Assembly (NCBI RefSeq): GCF_006345805.1
Contig: NC_043010.1
Location: 50,716,001-50,780,000, forward strand
Source: Octopus sinensis
Taxonomy: Eukaryota
DNA length: 64,000 nt
Reading direction: 5' to 3'
How positions within the stretch are numbered: position 1 is the stretch's first letter; every line of letters starts with the position of its first letter. The position numbers were made by a program, and so were the translations under genes. Positions 1 to 14,706 of the stretch are shown piece after piece. The notes below the pieces were generated by a model that was not told the origin of the DNA, ran no database searches, and was given only the letters and a program-made list of their open reading frames with translations.

Positions 1-89
1 GCATCCCTCTGCCCTTCCTATCCAAAGCCACCTTGTAACCGTCTCTGCAGCTTCATTAAGGGAACTCATAGCCTTCCTTTTTATATCAG

Positions 90-520
90 TTCCTCTTGTG
101 CTCTCATGTTGGGCAGCAAATTGAAACCACCCGTCTCGGTTGTGTTTTTCTTTACATCCAGCCATGTGATATTAGTTGCTTATGAATGTTCTCTGCCTTA
201 TAGTTTTCAGTCTTCTCTTTTGTTTTTTGCCTTCCAGTGGTGTCCATTTGAAAGCTGTTTTAGGATGGCATTGTTTTGATAACCAGAATGTATGTGATCT
301 GCTAGTTTTAATTTTCATTCTGTGATGATTTCATTAAGTGGTCCTGCATTGGCTTTCTTTAGAATGTCTTCCTTACTTTTGTGGCCTTGTCGCTATATTC
401 TCACAATCCTTCTCAAGCATCTTTGGTGGAACACATCTTAGGGCAGCAGTGATTTTCGTGGTGCTCTTCCATGCCTCACTGGCATAGAGAACTGTTGGAA
501 GAAGTATGTTATTGTTGTAT
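90..520 (-). mobile_element. RTE-clade LINE 3' fragment, decayed
   Basis: Minus-strand translation LPTVLYASEAW...VFHQRCLRRIVRI with stops and frameshifts. Confidence 0.7.
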
Positions 521-953
521 TACCGGTTTTAACAAATCTCATCATGACCCCCCCAGACAGAAGATAAACTGTTTTTACTTCATATTTTTATAAATTTTTA
601 CAGATATTTGATATGATGGGATTCATTAAAACCGGAAATATTTTCTTTATATGATAATTTTGATAAAATCATTTTTATTAAATTCCCTCTTAAATTGAAA
701 TGTCTTTGGCTTACTTCTGTGCTATTTCTGTGTCCATCATTAAAAAAGACTTGTAACTTCTGTGAAAATACATATTCCTGAACCTCAAAGTTTCTTTGTA
801 AGTTCTACAAGTATTGGCTTTGAGAAATGTTTTGGATACCTTCACAGTTTAATGACATTAACAACACCATACAATGCAACAACAACAACAACATGACTAA
901 GAATTGTAATAACAACAATTATAGAGTATATAATGGTTAATAATATTTTGTCT

Positions 954-987
<34 letters not shown>

Positions 988-1486
988 TAATAATAATAGC
1001 AGTAGTTGTAGTTACAATAATAATAATAGTAATAATAATAATAATAATGATAATAATGATAATAATATTAATAATTATCAATCACAATAATCATATTAAT
1101 TATAATAATGATAAATAATTTACAGATATTGTATTATATGGTGTGTGTGTGTGTGTGTGTGTGTGTGAAATGGATGACAGGAAAATCAGGCGCCCTGGAA
1201 GGGCAGCCAGTTGGTTGGTATTGCTCGTTTGCATGTAGCATTCCCATATGCATTAGAGATATGCCAGTTCCTAGCGGCAGCTAGGTGAATGGAACGGCAA
1301 ATGCAGAATGAAGTATTTTGCATATAAACAAAACAACAACAACAACAAAACCTATAGTAGTTTGAACTCATAGTATTTGAGCATGTAACCCAGCAATTTA
1401 TCATCCATCATGCTGTATATATATATATATATACATATATGTGGTGTGTGTGTATAAATGTACATGTAATATTATTATATATACAT

Positions 1487-1550
<64 letters not shown>

Positions 1551-1597
1551 AATTTATAAAAGGTTAGAGATCTTTCCAAATCAACTTTTTATATATA

Positions 1598-1908
1598 AAT
1601 GATAGAGGTGGAAATAGCACAGAAGTAGACTTTTCAATTTAAGAAGGAATTTAATAAAAATTATTAAAAAAAAAATTATCGTATGGAGAAAATATTACCG
1701 GTTTTAACAAATCTCATCATGAACCCTACACAGAAGATAAACTGTTTTTACTTAATATTTTTATAAATTTTTACTGATATTTGATATGATGAGATTCATA
1801 GAAACCGGTAATATTTTCTTTATATGATAATCTTAAAAAATCATTTTTATAAAATTCCCTCTTAAATTGAAATGTCTTTGACTTCTGTGTTATTTCTATG
1901 TCCATCTT
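1598..1908. mobile_element. Fold-back (inverted-arm) PLE-derived element; partial second copy at ~521-740
   Basis: ~120-bp imperfect inverted arms (1600-1721 / 1783-1906) inside (TA)n; arms carry tgatga-gattcata-gaaa-ccgg-ta (decayed hammerhead). Confidence 0.6.
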
Positions 1909-2073
1909 TTATATTATATAATATTATATATATATCATATACATATAGTATATATATATATATTATATATCATATATATATATATATTATATTATAATAT
2001 ACTATTATATATTATAATATATAAGATATATATATATATATATATAGTATATATATATATGTTGTAGTATATA

Positions 2074-2120
<47 letters not shown>

Positions 2121-2129
2121 TATATTATA

Positions 2130-2172
<43 letters not shown>

Positions 2173-3096
2173 TATATATATGTATATATAAATATTATGA
2201 ATATTATACATGATTCTTTATATATATACCACACACACACACATATATACACATATGTATATATACATATATATATGCATACATGCAGCTACTGCTAAAA
2301 GACATTTTCTCCAGTGACCATTGCCACCACAGATTACTAAGATTAACTTGGAACACTCAGACACTAAGAAAAACTCAGACACAGCCCAGCAATTAAGGAT
2401 TACTTTATATCATGTTAAATTAGTTGCTAGTTTTCTTTATCATATGCATATTTAGTTTTTAGGTATTGTAGTGATGTTCATTCTGTTTCATCATCTGGTT
2501 GGAAGTGATGATGGTCATGCATCTACTTTTATAGAGTATCAGAGGTTGTTGAGTTTTCACAAATGCTTGTTCTACACTTTAATTCTTATATATTATATTG
2601 TATATATACATACATACATACACACATATATATATATATATATATATATGCATGTTTGTGTGCATGTATACACACTGTATGTCCATAAACGTACAAATCC
2701 ATATATATATATATGTATATATAAATATATATATATAAATATATATGTATATATATACACACATGTATGTATGTATGTATGTATCTACCTATCTATCTAT
2801 CTTTCTATATATATATATATATATATTATATATGAATGCATGTCCTTATATAAGTTTGTTTGTATGTGTATATTAGTAGTAGCATTTTTTTCAGGTTTGA
2901 TTATGTACATAGTAATTATAGGATAAAAGTTTAAAAAGAGAACTCAATCACTTTGATAGAGAAAATGCTTCATACATAGGTTTAGGGCTGTTCCAGTATA
3001 CACCATTCCAGTAAACATTGGTCATCTCTCTCTGTAAAATGTAACATCTGAATCCCTCAAAACAAATCACTGTGGAATGGTATTCTGTAAACCAAC

Positions 3097-3171
<75 letters not shown>

Positions 3172-3549
3172 TATATATATATGTATAGTATATGTGTGTG
3201 TGTGTTGTATAATATAGTATTTGCTTTTGTTTTTCTTATAGTGTGTATTCATGTTTATAATTTTCATTTGACATTATATATTGATTTTCTTGTGTGCCTG
3301 TGATGGAGCAGCCGTAGAGTTATCTTCCCTTGTATTATGAATTCTTATTTATTTATTTATTTCGTATAATTTATTATAATTTATATCGTCATATCATCCG
3401 AATGCATTTAGTTTTCATAGAAATGCCACACTTGCATTTAAAGGTTTATATGTGCATGCCAGTGCATGTGTTTGTGTGAGTGTGTGTGTATATATATGTG
3501 TGTGAGTGAACATGTATTTGTATGTGTGTATGTGCATGTGTGCATGTAC

Positions 3550-3587
<38 letters not shown>

Positions 3588-3668
3588 CATACACATATTT
3601 ATCTCTGTATATATATATATAATACTATATATATAGATATATATATTATATATATATATATATGATAG

Positions 3669-3699
<31 letters not shown>

Positions 3700-3700
3700 G

Positions 3701-3731
<31 letters not shown>

Positions 3732-4910
3732 ATATACAAATACACAAATACCCACTCACACATACGGTTACATATGAGTGTGAAAAGAGAGAAATATATC
3801 TATCTATATTATTTTATATGTACATAAATGTATATATATATATATATCATGCATATTTATACATATTTATATATATGAACATATATGCATGTGTGTGTAT
3901 ACGTATGGTATGTATATATATATAATACATCTATCTATAATTATATATTATATATATATACGCTACATATATTCTTTTTATAGACATATATATATATAGT
4001 CATATATATATATATATATATAGATAACATCTATATATCTATATATATATATATACACCTATATTAACATATACATAATATCTATATATATATACATATA
4101 AACATATATATTATTATATATATATATGCATATATATATACATACTATATATGCTACATATAAAAATATACATACATATAATATATAAACACAATATATA
4201 TATATATACATACATATGAATATATATATATGCACACACATGCATGTATATATATGTATATATTTATATATACATACATAAAATTGTACATACATTTATA
4301 TATGTATGGATGCATGCATGTGCACATATGCTCTCTCTCACACACGCACATGCCACAACACACACATATATATATATATATATAGATACAGATAAACCTG
4401 CATATATTCTCAAATACATATATTTATATACAGAAAAAAAAGTTAACATACCCATACACACAACCACACCTGCATATATGCTAATATATGGTATATTTAC
4501 ATAAATCTATGAAATATTTATCTATTCATTTGCATATATAACATGTTTCAATATACATAAACACGTACACACATAGCTATATATATACATACATATATAT
4601 ATGTATATACATACATACACAAAAGAAATTTTTTTCTTAATATATGTCAGATTATATATTGATAAATATTTTTTTTATATGACCATGTATGTATAATTAT
4701 TAAGTAAGCATAAAGTCTTCGTCATGTGTTTGTACACGATAGTTTGTTTCTTTTTCTTTTTAATTGTGCTTGTATATGTATGCATGTGTGTATATATGAG
4801 AGTTTTACCAGTGCATGTATATAAAACTGTTTATTAATTTAAATCAGTTATTGTATTTCAATTTTAGTTACATTTAAAAAAAAAATCATTTGAAGATTTC
4901 ATTCTTTAAT

Positions 4911-4948
<38 letters not shown>

Positions 4949-5058
4949 CTATATATTATATAGTATATATATATATATGTATGTATATGTATATATATAT
5001 ATATGTATATATATGGTATATATATATATATGTATATAGTATGTATATATATAATATC

Positions 5059-5091
<33 letters not shown>

Positions 5092-5340
5092 ATATATATA
5101 CATACATATATATATATCATATTCAGTGAATCTGATTTTAGTCTCATTGAATGAGTATACAATCTTTCTATGCAATTTTTTTTGAATTGTTTGTATTCTT
5201 TTTGTTTGAATTCATTTATTATTGCATACACTAACTTTTGTTTTTTTTTTTCGTTTTTACTCATCTTACATACATACATACATGCATACATACATACACC
5301 CAGATGCATACAAGCATGCAAACATACATACCTACAAGCA

Positions 5341-5372
<32 letters not shown>

Positions 5373-5378
5373 ACCTAA

Positions 5379-5440
<62 letters not shown>

Positions 5441-5453
5441 CCTATCTATCCAG

Positions 5454-5518
<65 letters not shown>

Positions 5519-6373
5519 AATCTATCTATCTATCTATCTATCTATCATCTGTTAATATACTTATTCTCACATTCATACACACACATTGTATGTATATATG
5601 TATCTATCTATATATAAATATATATATGTGCATAAATATATATGTGCATGCATATATATAATATGCATTTAAATCTCAATATACACATATATACATATGC
5701 ACAAATTATATATATATATGTGTGTGTGTGTATATGTATGTATATGTGTATGTGTAATGTATGTAGGACTTTTAGTGTCATAGAATTTAATTTCACTATT
5801 ATATAACCAAACTGGGCAATTTAGAAACTCTGATAGTCTTCATTGTTCCATTTGTACTGTTTCAAGATAGCTAGCTGCTGTTATATTAAGCTTGCAGTAA
5901 ACCTTAAGCAAGTCTTTCGGCATCATTTTGCTCAATATCAAGTTCAACACTTCACATAACAGGAACAATACTATTAATCATGAAATCAATAAGATTTTAT
6001 ACAGAATAATCTTGACTTTTCAAATCTGTTCCTTTTGGATCACTTAAACGTTTGTCTTGTCATAGCTCAGAAATCCTTAAATCTCAATTGATTTTATTGA
6101 GCACATTTAGATTGTTTTGTTTCATTTTTGTATAAATTAAGATGTGTTCATTTGTGGAACATATGTATTTGAACCTCTGTGTATGAGAATATATATGTAT
6201 ATATATATATATATCTTCAAGTTAGTTTCTGCATTTTTATCTCTCTTCTTCATGTTTCTGTTTAATTCTCATACATCCCCCACCCCCATCTCTCTCTTTC
6301 TCTTCCTCTCTCTCTCTCTCTCTCTCATCCCCTAATTTGCCCTTCATTCTACTTCTCTCCATTCATCTACAAT

Positions 6374-6455
<82 letters not shown>

Positions 6456-6722
6456 CATTTATCTATCTATCTACATACCCAAAATTCATTTATTCCATCG
6501 TTTTCTTGTCCTCTCTCTCTCTCTCACACATGTTCATTTTCTCTATTCACGTATATATATGTATATGCATAAGTATATATATATACATGCACATGCAGTT
6601 GCATATATGTAAATCCACACATCTGTAGATGACTGTGTGTATATATGTGTATGCATGTGTGTAAGTCTATATGTAAACATATATAGCCCTTTCCAACCCC
6701 CTGCCCCAGGCAGTGACCTCTG

Positions 6723-6949
6723 TCAGCAGCGCTTGCAACCACACTTTCGGATCACTGGTAGGTTATAGACGAAATTGGTTCCATCTGCACAGAACAGTCG
6801 TACACGGCGGGTTTTGATTTTCTTCGGCTTGCAACAGTGACGGCCGCATGAACCCTCACAGCGCCGAAATTTCACCTTGGTCCGTGATTTGCAGCCTGTC
6901 TTAGGGTCCTTGTGGGTCTCTTTGTAGGCTATGTCACGGCAAGTTGGTG
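6723..6949 (-). CDS. slit: Slit terminal coding exon: cystine knot APTCRDIAYKE...CEGSCGRHCCKPKKIKTRRVRLFCADG...KCGCKRC*
   Basis: Manual translation; acceptor ttatttcag; phase 1; TGA at 6723-6725; CxGxC...CC...CGC knot spacing as in Slit CT. Confidence 0.95.
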
Positions 6950-7139
6950 CTGAAATAAGAGGAATAAAAAGAAATGTAATAATAATAATAATAATAATAA
7001 TAATAGTAATGACAATAAATATTGAACTCAGAATATAATGCCACTAAACATTTTGCCTGGCATGCTTATGATTCTGCCAGCTCACTGCCTTAATCTCGGA
7101 GGTTCTAATAATAATAATGATAACAATAATAATAATAAA

Positions 7140-7193
<54 letters not shown>

Positions 7194-7857
7194 ATACAGA
7201 ATAGACAACACAGCAGAAAGTGATATGTGCAGAATTTGTGGACAAAATGGTGAAACTGTATGGCATATTACTAGCCAATGTATGCCACTAGCTCAGAAGA
7301 AATATAAGAAACGCCATGACAATATAGCCAGGCTTGTCCATTGGACACTTTGCAACAAGTATGGATTTGATAGAGCATAAAATTGGTACAACTACAAACC
7401 TGAAGGCATCGTTGAAAATAGAAATGCAAAGATCCTATGGGATTTTATGATTCAGTGCGACCATGAGATAGAGAATAGGAAGCCAGACATAGTCTTAATT
7501 GAGAAAGAAAACAAACTATGCTGGATCATAGATATAGCATGCCCAGCTGACAACAAGGTATATGATAAGGAAGAAAGAAAAGTTGAGAGATATGACAGGT
7601 TAGCTTGGGAAGTTAAGCAGTTGTGGTAGATGAAAAAGGTAGCAGTAGTACCAATAATTGTCGGAGCCCTGGGAACAGTGAGCAAAAATCTCGAGAAGTA
7701 CATGGAACAAATAGGGGCTGCAATAAAGGTGGAGCACTGCTTGGAACTGCTCAAATACTCCGGAAGGTGCTCGAAAAATAAGGTGTCACCTTAGTTCACT
7801 GGTAGGGAATAGCTGACACTGTAGTACATCTCCAGTGTTAGAAGCTGTGCAAAGGCA
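7194..7857 (+). mobile_element. R4/Dong-like non-LTR retrotransposon, 5'-truncated
   Basis: CCHC knuckle CRICGQNGETVWHITSQC, RHD, and RLE motif KPDIV...IIDIACP; (TAA)n on both sides. Confidence 0.85.
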
Positions 7858-8061
7858 ATGATAATAATAATGATAATAATAATAGGTCAGATTTTGGCAC
7901 TAGGGGCTAAATCTCACTTTGATGTCAATGCGCATCTGATACATATTTCACTGATTCCAATTTTGAACTTGGAACACAAAAACAGAGTAAATACCAAGGG
8001 GCATTCTGTCCAGCATACTAACAATTTTACCATCTTGCTGCCTTAATAATAATAATAATAT

Positions 8062-8640
8062 CATGTAGTAAGTGAATGTAGCATGCTGGCATAGAAAGAA
8101 TACAAGAAAAGACATGACAACTTAAGGAGAATAATCCACAAGGAGTTATGTAGAAAGCTAGGATTTGACCATTCTGATAAATGGTATGAACATGCTAGAA
8201 AGTAAGAAATATAAGATGTTGTGGGACTTTAACATTCAGGCTGACAGAGTAATAGAAGTTAGAAGGCCTGATTTAGTAGTAGTAAATAAAGAGAATAGAA
8301 AGTGCCAGATAATCGACTTTACAGTCCTGAATGCAGAAAAAAAATCAATATGAGAGGTATTGAGAAAATAGTAAAGGACCAAAACTTAGCCATTGAGTTA
8401 CAGAGGCTATGGAAAGTGTGGGTAAAATGTGTCCCTGTAGTTATAGGTGCATTAGGAACTATCCCTAAAGATTTGAACAGATGGATAGAGGAAATAGGCA
8501 TAAAACCTAGTACAGCTCCCGGAAACACTGTTACTAGGGACAGTTAGGATCTTAGGAAGATTCTTGGCATCTAAGGGTACTTGTTGTAGCCCAATGTTGG
8601 GAATTTTTCTTTTCCGGTCTAATCTGTTGCGCATATGTGA
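8062..8640 (+). mobile_element. R4/Dong-like LINE 3' fragment
   Basis: LWDFNIQADRVIEVRRPDLVV...PVVIGALG; starts within (TAA)n. Confidence 0.8.
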
Positions 8641-8687
8641 AATAACAACAACAACAACTATAATAATAATAACAACAACAATAATAC

Positions 8688-9108
8688 TGGTTTCAAATTT
8701 TGGCACAAGGCCAGCAATGTTGGGGGATGGGTAACTCAATTATGCCAGCCCCAGTGTTTAAATGGTACTTAATTTATCTACCCCAAAAGAATGAAAGGTG
8801 AAGCCAACTTTGGCAGATTTTGAACTGAAAACCTGAAGACTGATGAAATGACACCAAGCATTTTGCCAAGCATACTAACAATTCAGCCAGCCCACTGCCT
8901 TAACAACAACAATAATATTACTAATAATAATGGTTTCAAATTTTGCCACAAGAGCAGCAATTTGGGGGGAGGGGGATGAATCAATTACATTGACCCCTGA
9001 AAGGATGAAAGGCAAAGTTGACCTTGGTGGAATTTGAAATCAGAATGTAGTGACGGGCGAAATACCACTAGGCATTTCGTCTAGCGTGCTAACGATTCTG
9101 TCACCTTA
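8688..9108 (-). mobile_element. Two tandem copies of tRNA-SINE family C in (TAA)n (others at ~7020-7092, 14170-14310, 47015-47105, 50190-50380)
   Basis: Shared gatgaaaggcaaagtcgacctcggcggaatttgaactc block and ggcacaaggcc tail. Confidence 0.7.
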
Positions 9109-9126
9109 ATAATAATATTAATGATG

Positions 9127-9175
<49 letters not shown>

Positions 9176-9449
9176 TAACAACAGCAACAATAATAAAGAT
9201 TATAACAACAATAATAACAACAATAATATTAATAATAATGATAGTAACAAGAGTAACAACAATAATAATTTTAAATGAAAGAGTTAGTTGATACCATTTA
9301 TCCCCAGTACTTGACAGGTACTTTGAATCAAATTTTACAGAATATACTGAATGTATATATAATGATAATAATAATAATAATGATAATAATAATAATAATA
9401 ATATAATAATAATGATAATGATAATAATAAAGTTAAGTTAGGGGTAAAA

Positions 9450-10105
9450 ATATAAAGAAAAGAATCTGAAATGCCGGAGTCTTTTAAAAGTATTTATTAA
9501 CTTAACTGGTTTCATTTATTTAAAAAGATTTTGAAATGTGAAGTATGAGGCTTTGTGTATCCTCTGTGATGTCAAAAATTGGTTTACATAAATGTATTCA
9601 AATCAAATGATAGGAGTCTTTGACAATGATAAAAAGTTTGAGGCTTTGTGTATTCTCTGTGATGAGTCATAAAATAGTTTAAATAAATATATTCAAATAT
9701 GTAAAAATGTTTTTGACCAGAAGATAAAATGTGCTGGCTTGTCAATCAGTGGGTGCTAAAGTTTTAGTCTAACTGTGATTAGAATCCATAATTGTTTGCA
9801 GCATCTTAAATTGGAAAAAAAAGGTGAGCAGAGAAATATCAGACCATTTATAGTTCTCGGATCTGGCTGTAGGATCTCGCATCTTGATGGAATTTGACAG
9901 TTACTACTATTTTATACAGAGATGGTGGCTCAAAATTGCCACAAACTTTTTCTTATTGTCAAAGACCCAATCACTTTTTTGACACCACAGAAGATACATA
10001 AAACCTCATAATTTACTTTCGAAAATCTTTTTAATTAAGTGAAACCGGTTAAATTAATAAATGCTTTTAAAAGAATCCTGTATTTTTCACATTTCTTTTC
10101 CTTCT
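9450..10105. mobile_element. Fold-back PLE-like element in the last slit intron
   Basis: Inverted arms ~9455-9577 / 9976-10104 containing gaaa-ccgg-tt; internal tandem duplication ~9548-9720; related to 40330-40620. Confidence 0.55.
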
Positions 10106-10198
10106 ATATATATTATAGTATATATATATATATATATATATCTATATATATATATCTATATATATATATGTATATATATATATATTATATATAATATG

Positions 10199-10272
<74 letters not shown>

Positions 10273-11017
10273 CACATGATCTTGTGACCGACCAGGCTAT
10301 CAGATGTTGCTACACATCGTGGTCAAATGCGCTTCACATTGTTTTAGCCTTCAAATGATGCCACTCTGCTGGCTAAGCAAGCAGGCCAACAGAAGAAAGA
10401 GTAAGAGAAAGTTGTGGTGAAAGAGTACAGTAGGGATTGCCATCACCCCCTGCCAGAGCCTTGTGGAGCTTTGGGTGTTTTCGCTCAATAAACACTCACA
10501 GTCTGGGAATCGAAACCGTGATCCTATGACCATGAGTCTGCTACGCTAACCACTGGGCCATTGCGCCTCCACTATATATGTATATAGAGAGAGATATATA
10601 GATATAGATATATATTATTGTTTGTTCAATGCATAGGACTTGAAGATCCTTTTGTATTCTCTTTTGCCATGAGAATGGTTGGCTGAAGTACTCTGGTGCT
10701 TGCTTAAGAGCTTTGCAAACCTATTACCATATTTGCTGGTAATAAGGGACAGGATTTCAATTCATAATGCACTGAACCAAAACAACAAAAGGTATCTCTT
10801 TCAACGCTCTCGTATTCTATGACTCTGCTGAAGATAAATATAACTACAAAATTATTAAAGTAAAAAAAGGAACAAAACATATAAAAGTAAAACAGAGAAA
10901 CATTTTGAATGATTCTGGAAGCAGAAAGAAGAAATTAGTTTGTATAGTGACTAGAACTATATACACATACTATCATGCATATATGAATGCATATATATAT
11001 ATATATTATATATATAT

Positions 11018-11103
<86 letters not shown>

Positions 11104-11159
11104 TATATATATAGATAGATAAATAAAGCACATGCAATACAGATATACTTATTGATAAG

Positions 11160-11700
11160 GGTGTGCAGAATGAATAAAAGTTATGTGTTGGTCTGTTTAG
11201 TCCTGATGGTGGTAATAAATTCCTGTGGCAACATTTTATAAAAATCTCAGGTCTTGTATTCAGGTAGTCAGTAGAATTATGAAGGCTTTTAAGTATGAAA
11301 TTCTTCTCAGCTGTACATAAATTACATCTTTTATTCCTGCTCTTGTAAAATCTGTTTCTCACAAAGATCTTCCACTGAATGTTGAAATCAAAAACCCTGT
11401 TCATTCAAGTACCAGATATAACTGCACAGTTTTGAGACATTCAGCTTTTGTATATGTTTGAAAGACATGATATAATTGAAGTACCATTGTTTAAATAACC
11501 TCCACTCATGCCTATGTAGTGTTTCTGCACTACTTCAAGGATTGGCTTGGTAAAGTTGACTTCTGTTTCACATATGATTACTTCAGTGTTACATTACTGA
11601 TTTAATAAGGCTGTTCTTGGTTATTTTAGATTTATATGTTATTACATTGACAGTGCAACTAAATCTCTGATTAAGACTGTTCCTGTTAAATAATTTTGTC
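11160..11700 (-). mobile_element. Penelope-like GIY-YIG endonuclease remnant (Hydra-clade-like)
   Basis: CQC...HYIGMSGG.FKQWY...SF...LCSYIWYL...IQWKI...RCNLCTAEK...LNTRPE...CCH (frameshifted); clade assignment is inference. Confidence 0.7.
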
Positions 11701-12994
11701 AATCAGTTTACAAGTTTTGTTAACCAATTTCATAAGTCTGTTAATAAATTCACTATTCCATTAATGAATTGAATAATTCTTCTTGTTAACCAATGATGCA
11801 ATTTCATAAAAAAAACTAGATGCTCCTTTTAATAATTATTCATTTAGTTTGGTTAATTACTTACATGGTTTGTTAATGAGTTAGTTTGATTAGATAGTTA
11901 AAATTTAATGACATGAGTTAGTAAGTTGGTCTGGTTGAGAAGGTACTTAATTGATTAATTAGTTACCTGTTTTGTTTGTGTAATTAGTAATTTGGGAGGT
12001 TAATTACTTGATTTTTTACTTGATTGACCAATTAGTTTTAATGTACAGAAGATTTTTTCCGTTTTGTTTTGTTGTTTGGTTAATTAATCAGTTTGGGTAA
12101 TTGTTTAAGTGACAGTCTGGATAGTTAATTGATTGGTGAGATTATTAATTAGAAGAATAATTAGTAATTAATCATTCATCCCATTCATCAATCATTCATT
12201 CATACCATTCATCAATCATTCATTCATTCAAGTATGCGATGAGCAGAAGATCAAAGCAGATAAGGTATGAATTTTCAGTTCATCCACCGATGAGATTCCT
12301 CTCATGTTATCTCTAAAACACACACACACACACACATGAGTATTCCCGTTCTCCCTCCTCTTTCTTTCGATGAACAATTGAAAATTATAATGGGTTAACT
12401 TGAGCGTGGATTGTATCTTCAGATGGTAGACACTTGGATACTATCCAGAGCCACAACCTTATATGATAATTTGTTGCACACCTAGCACATGCATGACTGT
12501 GTGACTGAGATGTGCACATCCAAGCCATGTGATTTTAAGTTAAGTCTCATTGCACAGCACCTTGGGTAAGCCTCGAGAAAATGTCTTCTGCTCTAGCTTC
12601 AGACTGACCAAAGCCTTGTGAGTGAATTTGGTGGTAATGGAAACTGAAGACCATCATATAGACATTTCTGTGTATGTATGTGTGTATGTATGTGTGTGGT
12701 GTGTGTGGACATTTACACGTATGCTAGTGCATTTGCTTACATCTAAGATCATTTGTTTAATGCTTTGGCTCGTGCTGTTGTTAGTTTCTCAGGTCAACAT
12801 ATCTGTTCACATTCAGGCTTCAAAGCAATGCAGAATAAGAGATCTGTTACTTAAGAAACAGGTTAAGGTTGGCATAAGGAAAGGTTTCAAATACCACAGC
12901 TCATTAAGTGTGAAAAGGTATATAAAATAAATGAACAAATGAGTATAAGGGATATATATATATGCATGTGTGTATATATATATATATTATATAT

Positions 12995-13350
12995 ATTTAA
13001 AGGGCTAAAAAACCACTAAGTGGTCAGCCGTATGCTAGAAGTAGATCACCAACGATCAAACTACAAAGAAAAGAATGTTCTCTAGACACCAGAACTATAA
13101 TTTTTATCTGTCTTGCCCACATATTGATCTGGTGTCTGCTGAATTTTTCTCTAGAGAACATTCTTTTCTTTGTAGTTTGATCGTTGGTGATCTACTTCTA
13201 GCATACGCTGACCACTCAGTGGTTTTTTAGCCTTTAAATTACACATGTATTAGAATTTTCTCTGATTTTTCAATTTTTGTATGCTAGGCTACTGGTTTTA
13301 AATTTATATTAATTAAATTAATATTCAATTTATCTCCCTCATTATTAAAT
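12995..13350. mobile_element. Fold-back PLE-derived element
   Basis: Near-perfect ~90-bp inverted arms 12995-13086 / 13150-13239; homologous to 43890-44370. Confidence 0.65.
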
Positions 13351-13381
13351 GTATATATATATATATATATATTATATGTAT

Positions 13382-13423
<42 letters not shown>

Positions 13424-13825
13424 CTGAAGAAAAAACAGTTAGAAGCATTAATGTATCAAATGAATAAATAATATATATATTTAATGGGGACACCATTATG
13501 TTTCTGAAAACTGATCCTATTAGTAAAAAGAAAAACAAGTCACCAGTTTCATTAACATCTGTAAAGGAAGTTTCACTATGTGCAAATATAATATAAGTGG
13601 TGTATGTGCAAGCAAAAGCCCACAGAGAAGAAAACCCGAAGAGAACTATGCAAGAGGACAACAGAAGGAGATAAAATAGAAAAAGAAAGTGAGACTGAGA
13701 AATATTAGACAGTGGTGCACTGAGAATATGCTGTGAAGGTACTTTTAATAGTGTCTTTGCAGGCCAATGAAGAAGCTTTGAGCAGTAGATGCAGTTCACT
13801 CTGGTGCATATGTAGAGCAACTTAC

Positions 13826-13960
13826 CTATGTCACATCTTTGGCCAGTGTAACCACGTCTACAGCGACATTTATATGTGTTGTCCTTCTGGGGGGTACATC
13901 GACCCTGCCTACAATCATGTTTGTCACAGGGGTTCATCTTTTTCACTTCTATATCTTCAC
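13826..13960 (-). CDS. slit: Slit exon: additional post-LamG EGF (GEDIEVKKMNPCDKHDCRQGRC...CDI)
   Basis: Acceptor ctactag, donor gtaagt; 135 nt, symmetric phase 1-1; six EGF cysteines intact; second in-frame AG 12 nt downstream. Confidence 0.85.
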
Positions 13961-14658
13961 CTAGTAGGGATTTCAATGGGGAAATGCATAGACTTTATCA
14001 ATATTTTTCAGTAGAGAGAGAAAGAGAGAGAACAATGGGATCAGAGACAGAGAGAACAAAGGGATCAGAGAGAGAAAGTTGAGCTGGGGAAAAGGGCTTG
14101 ATGAGAAAATAAACAAGACTGTGTCCTAGTATAGCCACAGCTCAATGAATAGAAGGACAGAAAATATAATGGTTTCTGATTTAGGCACAAGGCCAGCAAT
14201 TTTGAAGAGAAATGATTGACTGGTACTTTATTTCATCAACCCTGAAGAGATTAAAGGCAAGGTTGATCTCAGTGGGATTTGAACCTGGGACAAATACCAC
14301 CAGCTATTCTACTCATTCATGGTCATAACCCTTTAGCATTTAAATCAGCCATATTTGGTTCAAACAGGCCAGATCCAACCTCTCACACCTACCCTACAAT
14401 AACGTTCTAAAAATATGCTATTACATCACTGAAATATTGAGCTATGAGATAATGCCTGATTAATTCAAAACAAAAGGAATAAATATGCATTGGTATTTGA
14501 ACTGTGTATTGACAGTAGTCTGAGTTCCAAACACTTGAAAGGATAGAATGATAATAATAATGACTTTATCGTCTCATTTAAACTGTATGTTTTTTTTTTT
14601 TTATAGTTTAGTTATATGTTTTTAATTATTTGAACTATGTAGTTAAATTAGCTGCCTG

Positions 14659-14706
<48 letters not shown>

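Noticed and set aside
4830-4835. slit polyadenylation signal (AATAAA on minus strand)
   Set aside because: One of several candidates in very AT-rich DNA; cannot be chosen without 3'-end reads.
6545-6725. Stop-codon readthrough of slit (TGA-C context with an open downstream frame)
   Set aside because: The extension runs into microsatellite-like sequence and no conservation evidence is available.
13284-13825. Hydrophobic extension of the 230-aa ORF suggesting a membrane-anchored Slit
   Set aside because: Lies beyond a consensus donor (G|gtaagt) and runs into AT-rich intron and microsatellite; intron retention is unsupported.
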